A stretch of DNA of 63,219 bases, filler included, from Bigelowiella natans CCMP2755 (GCA_000320545.1; 10 parts of 10 records of this genome joined end to end with filler, not necessarily neighbours in it), one strand, 5' to 3'. Positions 1 to 12,800 are shown, counted from the first letter of the whole stretch. Notes: generated by a model from the sequence alone, not told the origin. Program-made: numbers and translations.

Positions 1-89
1 TGTGTAATTTGAAGATATTAGTAGCAGGCAGGATTTTCTCGGCAAAAGAAATTATAATTTTAATGAGGTAGTATAATATCTTCAAATAT

Positions 90-133
<44 letters not shown>

Positions 134-150
134 GTGAAGGTCTCCTCGAA

Positions 151-725
151 AAAGGGTACCATTTTCTCTCCGATTTGGGAGTCAAAGCTATGCTCACAAG
201 CCACATCGTGCTGCTTATCTGCCAAATGAAACCAAACACCATCAGTCGACAGTATCATGATCTCCGTGATATATGCTGCAACGGTAAGGAATCATGCTGT
301 GTGTGAGCATTTTAATTTTTCATATTATCACGTCTGTACAACAAACGCGTTGTTGTAAATGGTTGATGTGTCTTACTATTAGCTTTATCAGCTCGGTAAC
401 CATGATGAGGGAGACGGGGTCATAGCTGAACGACAAGTACACGCAATGCTTACATTTCAATATGCAGTGATGAGCCATTAGGTATTGGATGTATTTGTGT
501 CTGGACAAGGGGGTAATTAAGAGTATACTCCGTTGAAATCTATCTCCCACCTGTATGCTCCGTTGTGGCCGGAATGAGCGATCATGATATCGAGCGCTAC
601 ATAGCTGTGAGCGATGGAAACAAAATGAATGAACCAGGGCGTATTGCACTCAGGATTTAAATCAAACTCTTTCCACTCTTTCTGTGGGGAATTTATGTAT
701 ATAAATGTGTAAATACATACATACA

Positions 726-768
<43 letters not shown>

Positions 769-1072
769 CACATTTTCTGACCATATGTTGTGTGTACGAA
801 AACAGGAAAATATTCTGCTACCTAATTATATATAAGGCAGGCGGGAATATGTAATAAAGTGCCCACGTGCAACCGCTTTCCTTTGTGCCCATTTCTCCAT
901 TGGAAACCATTGAAGGATCTTCCTTATTAACATCAATTTCGTGTTTCTCTTCCTCTCTTTTCTCCACGTGGCCATGAGACGTTATTCGGCTGCGTAGTCC
1001 TCCATTCTCTGCGCGCGCACTGGATGGCAACAATGGGTCGACCTCCTCATCCACTTCTTCGCTCCTAGCCAT
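151..1072 (-). CDS. Nucleotide-sugar transporter (SLC35A-like), multi-exon, 5' part; continues off the window start
   Basis: First exon MARSEEVDEEVDPLL... (ORF 818-1072) ends at AG|GTAG. Downstream GT-AG exons read YDPVSLIMVTELIKLI (~376-424) and ISSTMWLVSIALTPKSERK (~160-218), resembling the TM2 'V..tEl.Kl.is' motif of SLC35A transporters. Not all exons resolved. Confidence 0.5.
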
Positions 1073-1185
1073 ATCTTCTGATCACCAGATTGATGTCCAG
1101 GATTACACGTGCAGGATCAGCGAGAGGGTGGCGTTCCAGGACGCATTTGAAAATTTGAACTTTTGGAAGGCAGAAGGTAAAATAC

Positions 1186-3932
1186 ATGGCGAAAGTTGCC
1201 TGCGACAAGATCCTTATGCCTGAGCAAGAACAAAAATCGCAATGGGGGAATGCGGTAGAATTTGCCTGTGTTTTGTGTATTTTATTGGGGAAAAATTATT
1301 CGACACCTCGAGACACTTGTCAGCGCTATTTTTTTCAAATAATTTCCTTTTTTTGTCTTAAAAAAGGATGCCCATCGTCACCTCAGCGCAAGGCAAAACA
1401 GAAAAAAACGAAAATGTTTTTTATCCTACGACATGGTTTTTTAGCTTGTCGCCTGCGATGTTTTCCATTCCCGTAATGTGACATCGAATAGGCCAAATTC
1501 GATGAACGGATCGAAAACGAGGGTTGTGCCCCCTCCCCTAACCTCCTCATCATCGCCGTAAATTTTGGTGAATCATCCTTAGGTTGTCCTTCACCTATAC
1601 CTGGTCGTCTTCATACTTCTGCATGCTCGAGGCGTAGACTTGGCCAAAGTTCGATCGGCGACGCGACCGTTCTCCTCACGCATATTTCAGGTAACTTCGA
1701 GCAGAAATTCGTGGGGTAGATTACATTGATTTCCGATGATTATTTGCAGATTTTAAGGAGATCGGGTCGGCCATTACCTGCATCTGAGCATAAATCCAGC
1801 ACTAGAGCCAGGGCAATCGGCTCAGGAGAACATGCGATTCAGGTGGATTAACACAACAGAGCAACCCAAAAGCACAAAGCTGTCTCTTCGTTGTTTCAAA
1901 CTATTTGTCCGTCCATCCATCATCCGTAAAATTTCCGTCTCTAGGTAATGTCGGACATCGACGATACCGTTAAATCAAGCGGTGGAGCTAAAATAGCAGA
2001 TGTCTACCTCGGAGGTCTGGCTAACTACAACATATTACCTGAATATCTCTGATGCAGCAATGTTGTTTGCAAGGGATAGACACACGCTACCCGAGAGGAG
2101 ATTTTTACCCAGGCGTCTTCCAAGTACAACAAAAATAATAACTGATCGGGATGTGCTATTCAACCATGGCTGTTCGAAAACTAATTCTAATGGTTTTTGG
2201 TAGTTCGGAGCGGAGCTGAGCAAGGCAGGTTTACAGTCGGATACCTCTGCAGTGCCGCTCGCGATTCTGACGGGTAATAAACGACATTAGATCGACCGCA
2301 AGATGATGACCACCACCACCACCCATGACGTGATCATGTTACACCTGCTAAGCACGGGCTAAGGAATTCAAGTTTGCCTTGGAGATAAAGCCTACACACA
2401 AAATCTGTTCCAACTATCGGAAGAGGGTATATACCTGTGGAAAATACACGCATTGCACACGCGCACGCACGCAGAAGCACAAACGCTATACTTACGCGTA
2501 CGCCTGCGACATGATGCGATTAAGGGAGAAAATGGATGGGGCGTTGGCTCTGTGCTTTACGGGTCCGTGCGAGAATGGATATTTCAGGTGCGGACAGAGA
2601 TCTCTCGAATCATGAATGGATTAAAAAACAATAGGCACAATCACTGCCATCACCACTGCTATCCTGAGCTGGGGAAAACTGCTATATATCGCCCCTTAGC
2701 CCTCCTTTCAGCATAACCGCATGTTGGTGGTAGATCTTTCATGAAAATGCGTTTTTTGTGCGTTTGTGGAGATGACTAAGTCTCCGGGCCATTTCGAAGT
2801 AAATTGCGTTTGTTGCTGCGCAGGAAATGATGGCAGAACGAAAATTCCAAAACTTTGAGATCCTTCGGTAGTGTTTTGTTCAGACCATAGAATTCTGTGA
2901 TATGGCGTTGTTGCTGTTGTTGTTGTTGTCGTCGTTGTCGTTGATTGCTGTAGACACAGAGCTGACACATAGGGGCACTATTCCTCGTTTATAATAGGCA
3001 AGAAAATGAGAGGGAGGGGAAGAAGATTCGAGGCTATGTTTTCATTGGCGACACTGGGCTATATGACCGGCAGGTGATATCTTAGGATGGTGTTGCATGG
3101 AGTAGGAAGAAGAAGAACAAGAACAAGAACAAGAACAAGAACAAGACAATGAGCAATGTTGAAGATACCTGCCTCTCCCTTTATCCCCCCCCACACACCC
3201 TCTCTCACGCGCACAAGAATACAAAAAGGAATGTTAAACAGGCAGGAGAGATGATGTGCGAGAGCTACCCGGATCAGATGCTCGCGGTGTTTCTTCACGA
3301 CGTTGGCGCTAGGGAGGGGGGTGAGAAAAGGGCTGTCGTCCCACAAGATTACATGTGCAACGGAGTGCCTATTCTTCACTTCAACACGTAATGCGATTGA
3401 CTGGCTGCTTTGCTAGCTTTGTTGGCCCTCAAGCGAAGATACATAGCTATACACATGCGAGTGTGTTCGACGTGCCACATATGTATGAAAATGAATGTGT
3501 GCTGTCATCTACCCCTCCTCCTGTGTTCTTGAGGAATTGCAATGATAACAATGATGACGGTTTTATTTCAGGAATGAGTCATTGCTTGTGCTTGTGCGTG
3601 TGCGTGTGTGTGTGTGTGCTCTTTTACACAACAGGTATATCGGCGCGGCAGCTAAAGCAATGTCCCAAGGTCTCCTGGATGCGGTACTACTGCGATTAGA
3701 AAGAACACGAGTGTAGCACTGATCTCACGAAATGGTGTTGATATGGCACTCGATAGATCGCGCTAAAGAGAGTCATAAATGCGACGCTCGAAGAGTATAG
3801 CTACAAGAAAGACAGCAGGTTGACAAATTGATCACTCCAGAACAATGCCTGGAATAAATAATGCTACACAATTTAGCAAAGCTCCTTCGCGTGATACTGT
3901 GATACACATACACACACACACACACACAAATG

Positions 3933-3970
<38 letters not shown>

Positions 3971-4071
3971 CATTATATGAAACACATCACAGATGGATAG
4001 AAATCATGGGAGATGTGGAGATGGCAAAAAATGCTATGAAGAAGGCAGATAGTCTTGCAAAAAATATATAA
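1186..4071 (+). CDS. App1-like phosphatidate phosphatase (HAD-type DxDxT), multi-exon
   Basis: Spliced exons read VMSDIDDTVKSSGG (~1945), GIDTRYPRGDFYPGVFQ, FGAELSK...LAILTARAKEFKF, GWGVGSVLYGSVREWIFQ, RKFQNFEIL, YVFIGDTGLYDRQ, AGEMMCESYPDQMLAVFLHDV and a last exon ...KKADSLAKNI*. SDIDDT and FIGDTG match App1 catalytic-domain motifs. Start codon uncertain. Confidence 0.7.
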
Positions 4072-4204
4072 TCTATGAGAGCCATTTCATGAAGCTAAGA
4101 CGACGGCCGGAATGTAGACGTAGCTAGGCAGGCATCATATCCGTGAGACGGATGTAATGTTGTGTGATTGAATCTTTGCAATAGTCATCCTAATCTAGTA
4201 GTGT

Positions 4205-6900
4205 AGCTATGCAAAGCAGCGGCGCACATGCAATGCTCTCCTTCCATGCGCTGTTGTCGTCAGCTTTGTCTTGATGACCATCGTAGCTGTGTCAAGGCCA
4301 TGCATCAGACATTCAATCAAACATGCAAACACCATGACTGAAAGTGAACTTCTGTTTGACAAATCAAAACTGTTGATGTTGGAACAACTGAAGCAATGAA
4401 TGCCATGTTTCCTGATCAAATCACATTGAAAATGTGCACGAGAGTGTCAACTGATCAAGAAAGATTGAAATTAACTGAGCAAAAGAAGAAACATTTGATG
4501 CAAAAACTGAACCATTTGATGTGCTGAAAAAACATTTCAAAGTGGTGGGAAGCATGGACAAAGCAAATGCACTCAACAATGTCACCTTTTGCAACTTCCG
4601 TTCTCGTTCAGTGGGCAAGCACGTTTTCATTGCCTGCAAAAGAAACCCAGAAAAAAGATTCACACAGACAACACTTGTCCACGCTAGCACGCTGGCATGC
4701 GGGCATGGAAATTGCACGTGAAAAACACAAAGACAACAAAAAACCAAAATTGTGCGCAAATTGCACTCACGAAATCATCAAAGTGAACAAAAAAGAATTC
4801 ATTGTCATTGATGTGTGTGATGTGGAAGAAGTGAGAATTCCTGCAGAACTCATCAGTGAGCACTTCAGGTCAGCACGTGCCTCTGCCTGTCACAGTTTTC
4901 AAGGATCACCAGTGGATGGACACGTCATTGTGTTTGACACAAACACCTGTGGAATCAATCGCAAGTGGCTCTGGGCTGCTGTGACTCGTTCTACTGACCT
5001 GACACATGTGCAAACACGTCAACACAGCGACAAGGAATGCCACAGATTGAAGGAAAGCATGATTTGTCAAAAACCACGAGTGAGAGCATCTTCGTGCACA
5101 AAGTCTCAGGACAAAAATGAAAGCTGGTGGAAAGGGATGAAAAAGAACAAATCGATGATGGATGGATGAGTGGAATTGCTGGCAAACACCCTTTTTATCC
5201 TGTGTGCAAACGCAAGTTCACTGCTGATGATGTGTCGATGGATGGAATTCACAATTTTCATCGTGTCATTCTAGCAATTTGGTTCAGCAGCGTGTCGTCA
5301 GTGGGCAAATTTTCACGTTGCGCACTTTCGCAATTTTTGCCACCGCCGATGGCAGGGAAATGAAACGTGAGGCACGGTGTGGTGGTCAGCAGCTGACAGG
5401 AAACTTGGCCAAAAATCAACTTCCCAGGGCTCTTCAAAGCCATGCCAGCATGAGTTCATTTTTTGTGGTGCTTGAGAAGCAAATCTGAGCGGCACTCTCG
5501 CTTGAAAACGCACGGCAGCTGGCACGGAATGAGCTACAAGCCCGTTGTGCACTGGGTTGCGGTCACTTGTGACTTGTCACTGCACAAAGGCGATGCCGCG
5601 AGCGCCGTTCCGCGTTGCGCAGTTGTCTTGTCATGTCCGCTGCGTGAGCTGCAGCGTCGTGCAACAGCCCAACATGATGCATCTGAAATCGTGTTCAGTG
5701 ACCACATCAGTTGATTCTTGCATGCTGTGCATGCAGATTCCTCCACGTCAGCGTGGGAGAAGGGTCCATGGGACCCGCAGATCGATGGATCACATCGCCA
5801 AGTCAAAAATCAGTGAATTGGGGGAACCGCCCCCCACGTTCTCTGCAACTAGTTCACAGGACGTTGTCGTCGCACGTCCAAAGTCGCGACTAGTTGCCCA
5901 CGGCCTGAAGTGCGTGTCGGAGAATTGCAGTTTCCAACTGCAAGACTTCACTTCACTTCACTTCAATTCAATGTCGTGTGCATGCATGCACTTCACACGC
6001 ACACCACGTGCACCTGCATGCACACATTGAGCACTTTGGTGCACGCATGCACCATCACAGGAAACTCCAAAACAAAGACGCACGGCGCACAGGTTCACAC
6101 ATGACGAGATGCGTGACGTGTGCGTTCACGTTCTCACGCGCCGCGGTGGTGCATGCGCATCGATTAGCTAGTTAGCCTAGCCGAGCCACACGTCGGTGCA
6201 CACTGTGCTAGTGCAGGTCAACAAGCTCCAATGAATGGAGCGCCACCTCTGCTAGCTCTGCCTACATGTGCGCTATGCGCATTGCATTGCATTCTGCATT
6301 GTCACATGGCCTTACCGAATTGGCAGCAATGTGAAAAGACCTCGTAGCAATGAGCGCTACCGTGAAAAATCAGCGGAGCAGGCCGGGCAGATTGCATCGA
6401 TCTGGCAGCGGCGAACAACACATTGATAGATGACAACCTTCGCAGGTCAGAGACTTAGCCCATCACGAAAGCCGTGCTACTGGACAAATTGGCAAGAGTA
6501 GCGTCAAACGACCCTCATTTTGCATGCAACTATTCGTGCGCAATGGACCAGCAAAAGTGTTCCTCGGGAGGATCAATATCATGATGTTTGCCAAACTCCC
6601 CCAAATCCCGTGTGATCTATGCGCTGGTTCGGCTGAGAAATTTGATTTAAGCATGCACTGCAAAGACGCTTTGACAGCAATAATGCTTACTTTAAACGTG
6701 AAAGCATTGTTCAACGAGGAATCATTGTGTATCCGGGAAACCAAGCCCTCTTAGGAACAGCGAGAGCGGCGAAAAATACCATCGCGCCGGCTTGACCTTC
6801 GAACAAGCTTCGCGGCCGATCCGCATTGGACTCCAACTCAGTCCATCGCTTCAGGGCCACACGACCAAAATGACGAGCGCGGTTGAGCCATTGAATCTCT
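4205..6900. mobile_element. TpA-depleted intergenic tract containing the helicase relic; probable hypermutated mobile or viral DNA
   Basis: Only 9 TA dinucleotides counted by eye in 4211-6160. TG/CA-rich with CpG retained, and the (TA)n/(CA)n microsatellites typical of the introns are absent. Depletion is partial in 6160-6900. Confidence 0.6.
4390..5260 (+). pseudogene. Decayed SF1 (RecD/Pif1-like) helicase C-terminus followed by a possible HNH-like nuclease remnant; endogenous virus-like (Polinton-like) or DNA-transposon relic
   Basis: Frameshifted pieces EAMNAMFPDQITLK, LKKHFKVV, HFRSARASACHSFQG (degenerate motif V, AYAxTxHxxQG), KWLWAAVTRSTDL (motif VI, YTAxTR), then SQDK...VSMDGIHN (resembling QD...DRIDN). 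Intronless, unlike the host genes. Confidence 0.65.
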
Positions 6901-7039
6901 TTCGTGGCTTGATAACTATATGCGCAATGAATGAATTTGTGTAGAAATATTTTGTTAATAACAAAATTAAAAACCCTACCTCTTTGTTTTCATGCATCGG
7001 GTGATTCAGGTGTTGTTTGTGTGTGTGAGTGAAAGACTT

Positions 7040-9788
7040 ACAGGGATATCATCACTAACCCATTTCCGCAAATCGAATGGCACAATCCCAAACCCTTTTT
7101 TTTTCATTATGTGTCAAACACAAATTAAACCACCGTAATAAGGGACTTACAAAAGGAAAAGAAATGGAGGAAATTGAAATCCTATGGAAGAGATCAAATG
7201 AAAATTTGAAATGGAAGATTTGTAAGTTGTACATAAAATGGATTAACTATACGTCACATAAACTTCCATGCTGGAATACATAAGTGCTTGATAGTTTTCT
7301 AATCAACATTATCAGCACTCTACCACCTTCGAACTGAGCATGCCCCTGACCCAAGTAACCTCCCCTGCCTGCTTGGCCGCTCGTAGCGCTGCTCTTCGGT
7401 ACTTTGAATCTACCGCAGGTTGCGAAGCAATTGCAAGAAGTGGAGCCACAATACCTGGAGAGCCGCTACACCATTGTACTAGCCGGTCAAGTGGCGCTTG
7501 AAACGCTTCCCGAATCTTAGATGGGAAAAAATTGACTATGTGAACATCCATATTTGGTTGTTCGTGGAATGTTGATAAACATACTTCAAAACAAATGAAA
7601 GAGCGAGCGTGTCCTCTATGAGGCAACTCCACCCAATTCGTTCATGAACCGAAATAATCGAGATGATCACAAAAAGATAAAAGCATGTTGGTTTAGCGCC
7701 TACTAAAGTAGTAGTACTACGTCTAGTTTATGGGCATACATTGCAACTAGAATGCTGGTGGTCAACAATCTCCAATGCCGTCATCGTAATGTATTTCCAT
7801 GCATTCGGAATGGAGTGAAGTTGCTGCGAATAACAAATGACAGAGTCGTTAGCAGATGGATACTTCATTGATTCTCTTACATTAATATCCATTGTATCGA
7901 TAAGGATAGATATCAATCAACAACCTCCGGAAAATGTAACATTGCCATAAGTATTCCAATGGTGCCCTTGTACGCCCCTAGGATCGGAGTCTCATTTGGC
8001 TCGTAATACAATGTAAAAGGTCTGAAAGAATGACAATCATGTATAATTCTCCTTGACAAAGCTTCCAGATTCTTCCACGATGAGAGCGTGAATGTTTTCT
8101 CGCATAGTTTCGTCAACATTCTTTAATTTGTTTCTACCAAAATTACCTACATTGTTCTACTATCACAACTTCCTTGTTTTTTCTCTCATTTACAATAAAC
8201 CCACCGTCTATATTTGTCCTCTCTTTCTCCCATGTCTCCTCATTCAATCATCCCCCCCCCCCCGCCCTTCCCTCTCTCACTCTCAAATGCACATACAATA
8301 TACGCAAAATAAAGATGTACTTGTTCATAAAAATAGCTGAAATAGTATTCAAATACCTTCCATCTATGTCGTGATTACTCATCCGCTGGAGAAAGTGTTT
8401 TCCTTTCTTCGAGATATCACCGCTCTACCGTTGACGTAGACAAGGATGATGATGATGAAGAAGAAGAAGAAGAAGAAGAAGAAATAGTAGTAAGCAGTAT
8501 GGTGATGCTAGAAGTTAGTCATAGCAATCTAATTGGTAGTAGTAGCAGTAGTAGTAGTAATAGTAGTAGTAGTCCTCATGAAGAATGATGAGGTGTAGTA
8601 GACGACGACAATGACAACGGCAACGACAACGAAATAGTAGCAGCAGGACTGCTACGACGATCGAACAACGACAATGACAACGACAACGACAACGACAACG
8701 AAATAGTAGTAGCAGGACTGCTACGACGATCGAACAACGAACGAACGAACGAACGAACGGACGACGATATACGACAACGACAACGGCAACGACAACGAAA
8801 TAGTAGTAGCAGAACTGCTACGACGATTGAACAACGAACGAACGAACGAACGAACGAACGAACGAACGAACGGACGACGATATAGTAGTAGCAGGACCGC
8901 TACAACGAACGAACGACAACGCATCGGCTTTGATAAGCCACACTGCTTGAATCAAACGGATGATTCTTGATATATGTCAACCATGGCAAAACTCACTCAC
9001 AGCCATATTTGATAGTATATTAGCAAACCCATACAAAACCCACGATGGAAAGGATCTCGTATAACTCCTCATATATCTCTCTCGTTTCATGTTTTGCTTG
9101 CGCTAGGGAAGGGAATTGCTTGTTTGTCATCATACATACACGATAGTTGAGCTTTGCATTTGTAGACGATTGATGACGCCCAAAACTAATTAACTCCTTT
9201 ATCACCTGATGAACCTCATCTGCACTGCAGAGATTACATTATGAACTTGTTTTAAATTAATAATAGGTTGTTTTCAGCGAAATCATTGAAGAAAGCTTAC
9301 GCACACACACACGCGCGCGCACGCACAAAGAGAGAGAGAAAGAGAGAGAAAGGAACAAACCCAAAACTCTCGTTCTTTAGGATTCTTCGGATGAAACCAA
9401 TCGAGTACAAATATCTGGTAAAGATAATTCGTATGATAAAGATTATGATCATGATGAAGATGATGACCACTACGATGTAGCAAAAGATAACCAACAGTCT
9501 CGTATCCATTTAATTTCTTTACCATCTATCTCCTCATCATTATAAAGCCAATATCGGTTGTTAGGTCTGTCATCGTCTCTATGTTACTACTTTAGTTGAA
9601 CGAACCCTGCACGCCCAATGGCGAGACTGCATACTTCTTTCTCTAAATTCTTTACGTTTGGCAGGAACATAAGACATTTCTCGGCATGCTGACGCGCCTC
9701 CCTTAATTCACCCAAAGCATGCAGCATTGCAACTCTGGTACACACGCCCTTGATATGGATGTAGTAATAATGTTCAAGTTTTGCCTCA

Positions 9789-9831
<43 letters not shown>

Positions 9832-10800
9832 CTACATACATTTTATTCTTTAAATCCATGGATGAGAGATCAAACGACCACACATAAACATGGAATCACA
9901 ATTTTTATCATTTCGGCTATCAGAGCCAGGCCAACACCACTGTGATAGTCATTGAATACGCACACCCTAATCCCTGCCCTTCTTCCCCCCCTCTCCTATG
10001 TAGTGTTTTTTGTAACAAGAAACCCCAGCAAGGCCATGGAGAAAGGTATGGCGATACTCCGGAAGTAGGTCCTCAAGAACATCTATGCGCCCCAAGCATG
10101 CACGCAATATGCCCTGCATCTTTGCACTGGACGATATCTTCTCGGAAGAAGGAATCGCGATGGCAGATTTATTAAAGATGAACAAATGTATATGAGAAAG
10201 AGAGGTGGCAGCATAATCATTATCATGCTATCATTATCTACAACATCGGCATTCTCATCATCATAATCCAAACCTTGAGAATGTTGCTTGTCGTCCAGAC
10301 GCCCAAAAGCACTCCTAGTTCACCTGACCGTTATCATTTATTATTATTATTATTACTAGTTGTTATTAGGATTGTGGACTATTATTGTTAGACTTATGTT
10401 CACCGTAGCTAGTAGTTCTTGTTGTGGGTTATTGTTACTACTTATTGGTGGTGGTGGAGATCTACACGTATCTTAAACTTCCATGGAAGAATAGCAAAAC
10501 GTGACAAGAAGAAAGAGACATCGAGGAAGAGTCGGCGCCAATAAAAGGAGACTGATATCTCCATGTCCATATCCACGCATTAATTTATAATACAGTAACA
10601 AAGAAACAAACTTGTCGTCGTTGTCGTCGTCATCATCCCGTCTCGTCATACTTACTTACTACTGCCCTAGAGACTTACTACCTCTATATACAGATTCTAA
10701 TGGTGTGATTGGAGGATGGAATTTTTGCGAGAGATTTTGCAATAGCTTCAGAGCAGCTGTTCTCCAAGGCCGAACAAGCGCCTAAATATATACCACACAC
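7040..10800 (-). CDS. LanC-like protein (LANCL/GCR2 family), multi-exon, with divergent motifs; 5' extent uncertain
   Basis: Exons read RHTFLHGLAG (~10030-10060), VCTRVAMLHALGE, YLYSIGFIRRIL, ILGAYKGTIGILMAMLHFPE, MKYPS, LVQWCSGSPG and AAKQAGEVTWVRGML. These are collinear with LanCL motifs TFLCG, GYL, GAAHG, GNYPS, WCHGAPG and W.RGLL. Confidence 0.7.
8600..8925. repeat. Compound imperfect tandem repeat built from (GACAAC)n, (TAG)n and (GAAC)n blocks, about 3 units, intronic
   Basis: GACAACGAAATAGTAG(C/T)AGCAG(G/A)ACTGCTACGACGAT(C/T)GAACAACG recurs three times with variable (GAAC)n tails. Confidence 0.8.
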
Positions 10801-11142
10801 ACACACACACACACACACTTACTCACTCAAATTCCCGTTACATATATTTGAAAAGTAGCATAAAATTTGCGTTCATAACTACTCACAATATGCAGGAGAA
10901 CATACAAAGACATGCGAATAGTATCGTTTTGTTTTAGAAAGTAGTGCTAAACGCTGCTTGAAATCGTCATCACATACAAAACTATTACTCCTCCAGGGAA
11001 TCTTTCATCAATTCGATTGAGAAAATGCCGCGAATCATCCTCCTCAAACCTTAATCGTAATAATATACGTAAATATAAATACATAAAGATTCATATAAAC
11101 AAGAAGCAGATGAAAAAAATTTGAGGAGACAGAGAATAAAAC

Positions 11143-11182
<40 letters not shown>

Positions 11183-11244
11183 AGAGAGGGAGAGAAATAT
11201 AGCGTAATGTAACCATAAGTAATACTGCTGGGGTCCTAATCACA

Positions 11245-11276
<32 letters not shown>

Positions 11277-11472
11277 ATATCTTTTATTACTGGCCAATTC
11301 GGTAGTCCACTATGCGGCGTCGCTTCGTCTCCGGAGATTCCACCGGTAAGATCTTGCCCACCACAACAAAGTCAAAGCTTGTAGTTTATGAGGAGTATCA
11401 CCATGCTCGGTTGTTATTATTGCAGAAACAATATTTCAGCATGGGTGATCAATGCGACTCGCCACACAAGCA

Positions 11473-11509
<37 letters not shown>

Positions 11510-11791
11510 TGCAAACATTGACGAAGAGGTACATCTCTAATTTGAAATAACATTTCAATATGAGAGAATATTGACTAATGTTGGCATTGCTTTTATAGTA
11601 GCAACCAGATGAAGGTGTTTTGGATGCAAATTGAGAGGAAAGGGACGAACGGTGGGAACTAGCACGGATACTTTTTCTTCGACGGGGTCTTGGAGGAGGC
11701 GGCGGATGATGAGGACAACGTAGTATATTTATTTACCAACAACGCAGTTAGAGAAGACTTTATTACTCCGATTAAATTGTCATGTTCCATG

Positions 11792-11865
<74 letters not shown>

Positions 11866-11877
11866 CTTATGAAAATA

Positions 11878-11914
<37 letters not shown>

Positions 11915-12357
11915 TGTGTTTGCACACTGTGTGATGTTGTTGAAATACATGACTACTAACAGGGTGGTTTCATGATGAATAGACTAATCTACTCATCATC
12001 CATGTACACATACACAACAACATCATCACCCATTTGGCAGCAGATCATTTGAACTATGCAGCAGCATGTGAAAATAAATTCATTTCCTAATTGGACTCCT
12101 CCTCGTGTACTACAGTAGGAGCACCAGAAGTTGGAGGTTATCAAGTGCACCAATGGTCTCCTCCTCACCTGGAAACCCAGTGACGATTCCAGTGGAATTG
12201 TTTAAGATCATCGGAAGTTCTTCGTCAAAATTATTAATCTAATGCAGATTATAAACTATAATTTTAGAATTTGAATGGTTGAGACAAATTTACGTTCACA
12301 CGTGATGGTGGTGGTGGTGGTAGTAGTAGGATAATTAGTAAAACAAGACTACTACCG

Positions 12358-12391
<34 letters not shown>

Positions 12392-12420
12392 ATAGCAACA
12401 CTATTACCGCACACCTCAGC

Positions 12421-12519
12421 ATCTGTTGAGAAACTCTTCTTCGCATTCAACACACACACACACATATTATATATATATCTGTTGAGAAACTCTTCTTCGC
12501 ATTCAACACACACACACAC

Positions 12520-12556
<37 letters not shown>

Positions 12557-12604
12557 CATCTGTTGAGAAACTCTTCTTCGCATTCAACACACACACACAC
12601 ACAC

Positions 12605-12658
<54 letters not shown>
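12421..12658. repeat. Three tandem copies of a 28-bp unique core followed by (CA)n and (TA)n of varying length
   Basis: ATCTGTTGAGAAACTCTTCTTCGCATTC at ~12421, ~12477 and ~12558. Confidence 0.9.
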
Positions 12659-12664
<6 letters not shown>

Positions 12665-12703
12665 ATACTACCGCTACTACCTGCACTTTGTCCCTGGTTC
12701 GAA

Positions 12704-12800
12704 CATTATAGACATATCAAAGGATCTAAGCAGTAACGCGTCACATTATAGACTTATCAAAGGATCTACATTTTAGACTTATCAAAGGATCTAAGCAGAA
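12704..12800. repeat. Three near-identical short direct repeats
   Basis: CATT(A/T)TAGAC(A/T)TATCAAAGGATCTA occurs three times. Confidence 0.85.

Noticed and set aside
60-306. Many ORF-track entries made of YIYI, CVCV, HTHT, ERER or poly-amino-acid runs, here and throughout
   Set aside because: They are translations of intronic microsatellites, not genes.
4211-6160. CpG-methylation decay, classical RIP or ADAR editing as the cause of the TG/CA excess
   Set aside because: CpG is abundant. RIP would raise TpA rather than remove it. ADAR would be single-strand biased and favours UAG, which is the context spared here.
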